A stretch of 63,306 nt of DNA, filler included, from Lenisia limosa (lineage: Eukaryota > Protista > Breviatea), in NCBI GenBank assembly GCA_001655205.1. It is 12 parts of 12 records of this genome, joined end to end, with 100 filler letters (N's around TTAATTAATTAA, not from the genome) between each part and the next. Parts side by side here need not be neighbours in the genome. Positions count along the whole stretch, not along the records: positions 62,215 to 63,306 come from LPNZ01003693.1; 11 more parts are not named here. One strand, written 5' to 3'. Position 1 is the first letter of the stretch; every line of letters starts with the position of its first letter. The translations under genes and the position numbers were made by a program. A model generated the notes under the pieces. The model was given only the letters and a program-made list of their open reading frames with translations. It searched no databases and was not told the origin of the DNA. Positions 62,272 through 63,306 of this stretch are shown here, one piece after another.

Positions 62272-63306
62272 CTTGGGTATTGTCATCAACTGCTACAGCA
62301 CCGTTGCTAATTGACTCCCCAATAGCACGGAGGAACTCAGGATTCATCCCATTTGGGTAGTCATGAATACCGCTAAAATGTGTTATCGGTAGGACTCCGT
62401 GCAACTGATTTTGAAATAAATAATTGAATATGATATTAATGAAACAGGGGGTGCTGGGGAGGAAGCAAAGATGGAAAATTACAAGAAACAAAAGCCCAGA
62501 ATAAACTCTGTTAGCTATGAATAGACGAGATTTGAAAAAATAAATAAAAATCATAAAAACAATAAAAAAGGGCAGTCGCTTCTGAAGTTCGATAATTTTC
62601 GATAATTTTAGATAAAAATAGATGCATTTCCCGGCTTACAAAGTGGTGCTGGTGGACTTGCCAAGAGCCATGACTACAACGTGAAAAGAGCAACAGACAG
62701 AAGGGGGGAATCAAAGTTCATCATCAACAACAACAACACCAATCATAACGTGTATCGTTGACAATTAATAATTCCAATCATGCCAAGCCTCAACACCAAA
62801 AACATACATATCATAAAAGATGATGCCAACAACCCCAACAACCCCCACATATCAACAAATCCGCATACACAGTGTCCATCCGCCTCCTTCTATCTCCATG
62901 TTGCAGAAAACCTCGTATCCTCCAGAGAGGCTGGTTGTGTGAGTGTCAAATAAAATAATTAGATGGATTTATCGTCATTTATTGAGGATTTATCGATGGG
63001 TTTATCGATATTTGATTTTGATAATTCACAGATGTTAATGGAGGATTTCTCAAAAAAATCAATCATCACGGCAATTTTACTTCCGACATTCTTCACATTA
63101 CAGTGGCTCTACATAATTTTATGACTTGATATTGCAAGTTCCTTCAACTTCATTGTTCTTCTTGACAACACTCCGCCCTAAAGCCCACGTGTAGTTCCCA
63201 GACGGTTGGCCTAAGGAGTGGAGAGCTTTGCATGACGTTACCATAAGCTTCCTGATTTCCCTGTTCTCAGCCTCTACCGCTGCAATACGCTGGTAAAGGT
63301 CTTCGA
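62272..63306 (-). CDS. Protein with coiled coil followed by a fibrinogen-like (VFC.M....GGWTL) domain, partial; family B tail at about 62455-62525
   Basis: EDLYQRIAAVEAENREIRKLM; CAG|LSGGYEVFCNMEIEEGGWTL; LPITHFSGIHDYPNGMNPEFLRAIGESISNGAVAVDDNTQ. Confidence 0.55.

Overview
This is eukaryotic, intron-rich genomic DNA, probably from an amoebozoan-type protist. That assignment is an inference from a CARMIL/Acan125-like gene and a REJ plus Cys-rich-repeat surface protein. The window is not one locus. Eleven artificial 100-nt spacers (44 N + TTAATTAATTAA + 44 N) join 12 unrelated scaffolds, and the scaffolds have further internal N gaps that often abut G or C homopolymers. Recognisable, mostly partial genes: a very large FN3/REJ/Cys-rich surface protein, a PCI-domain protein (CSN1/RPN7-like), an ankyrin-repeat protein, a coiled-coil protein, a secreted protein, a PP4 catalytic subunit, a SMYD-type SET-MYND methyltransferase, a DGAT2-like C-terminus, CARMIL, a fibrinogen-like domain protein and several hypothetical proteins. 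I found no rRNA, tRNA, CRISPR or prokaryotic sequence. Non-coding DNA is dense in short repeats. Family A is a ~95-bp hAT-type MITE (TAGGGCTTCACT TIR, 8-bp TSD, about 20-25 copies). Family C is a ~77-bp TA-flanked Tc1/mariner-type MITE. The most striking is family B, a ~135-bp repeat found in the sense orientation of introns wherever host orientation can be inferred. Its pyrimidine/oligo-C tail ends at or just before the 3' splice-site AG, its 5' end is variably truncated, and copies sometimes stack in tandem. It may be an element that targets or supplies splice acceptors. All exon models were read by eye and are approximate.
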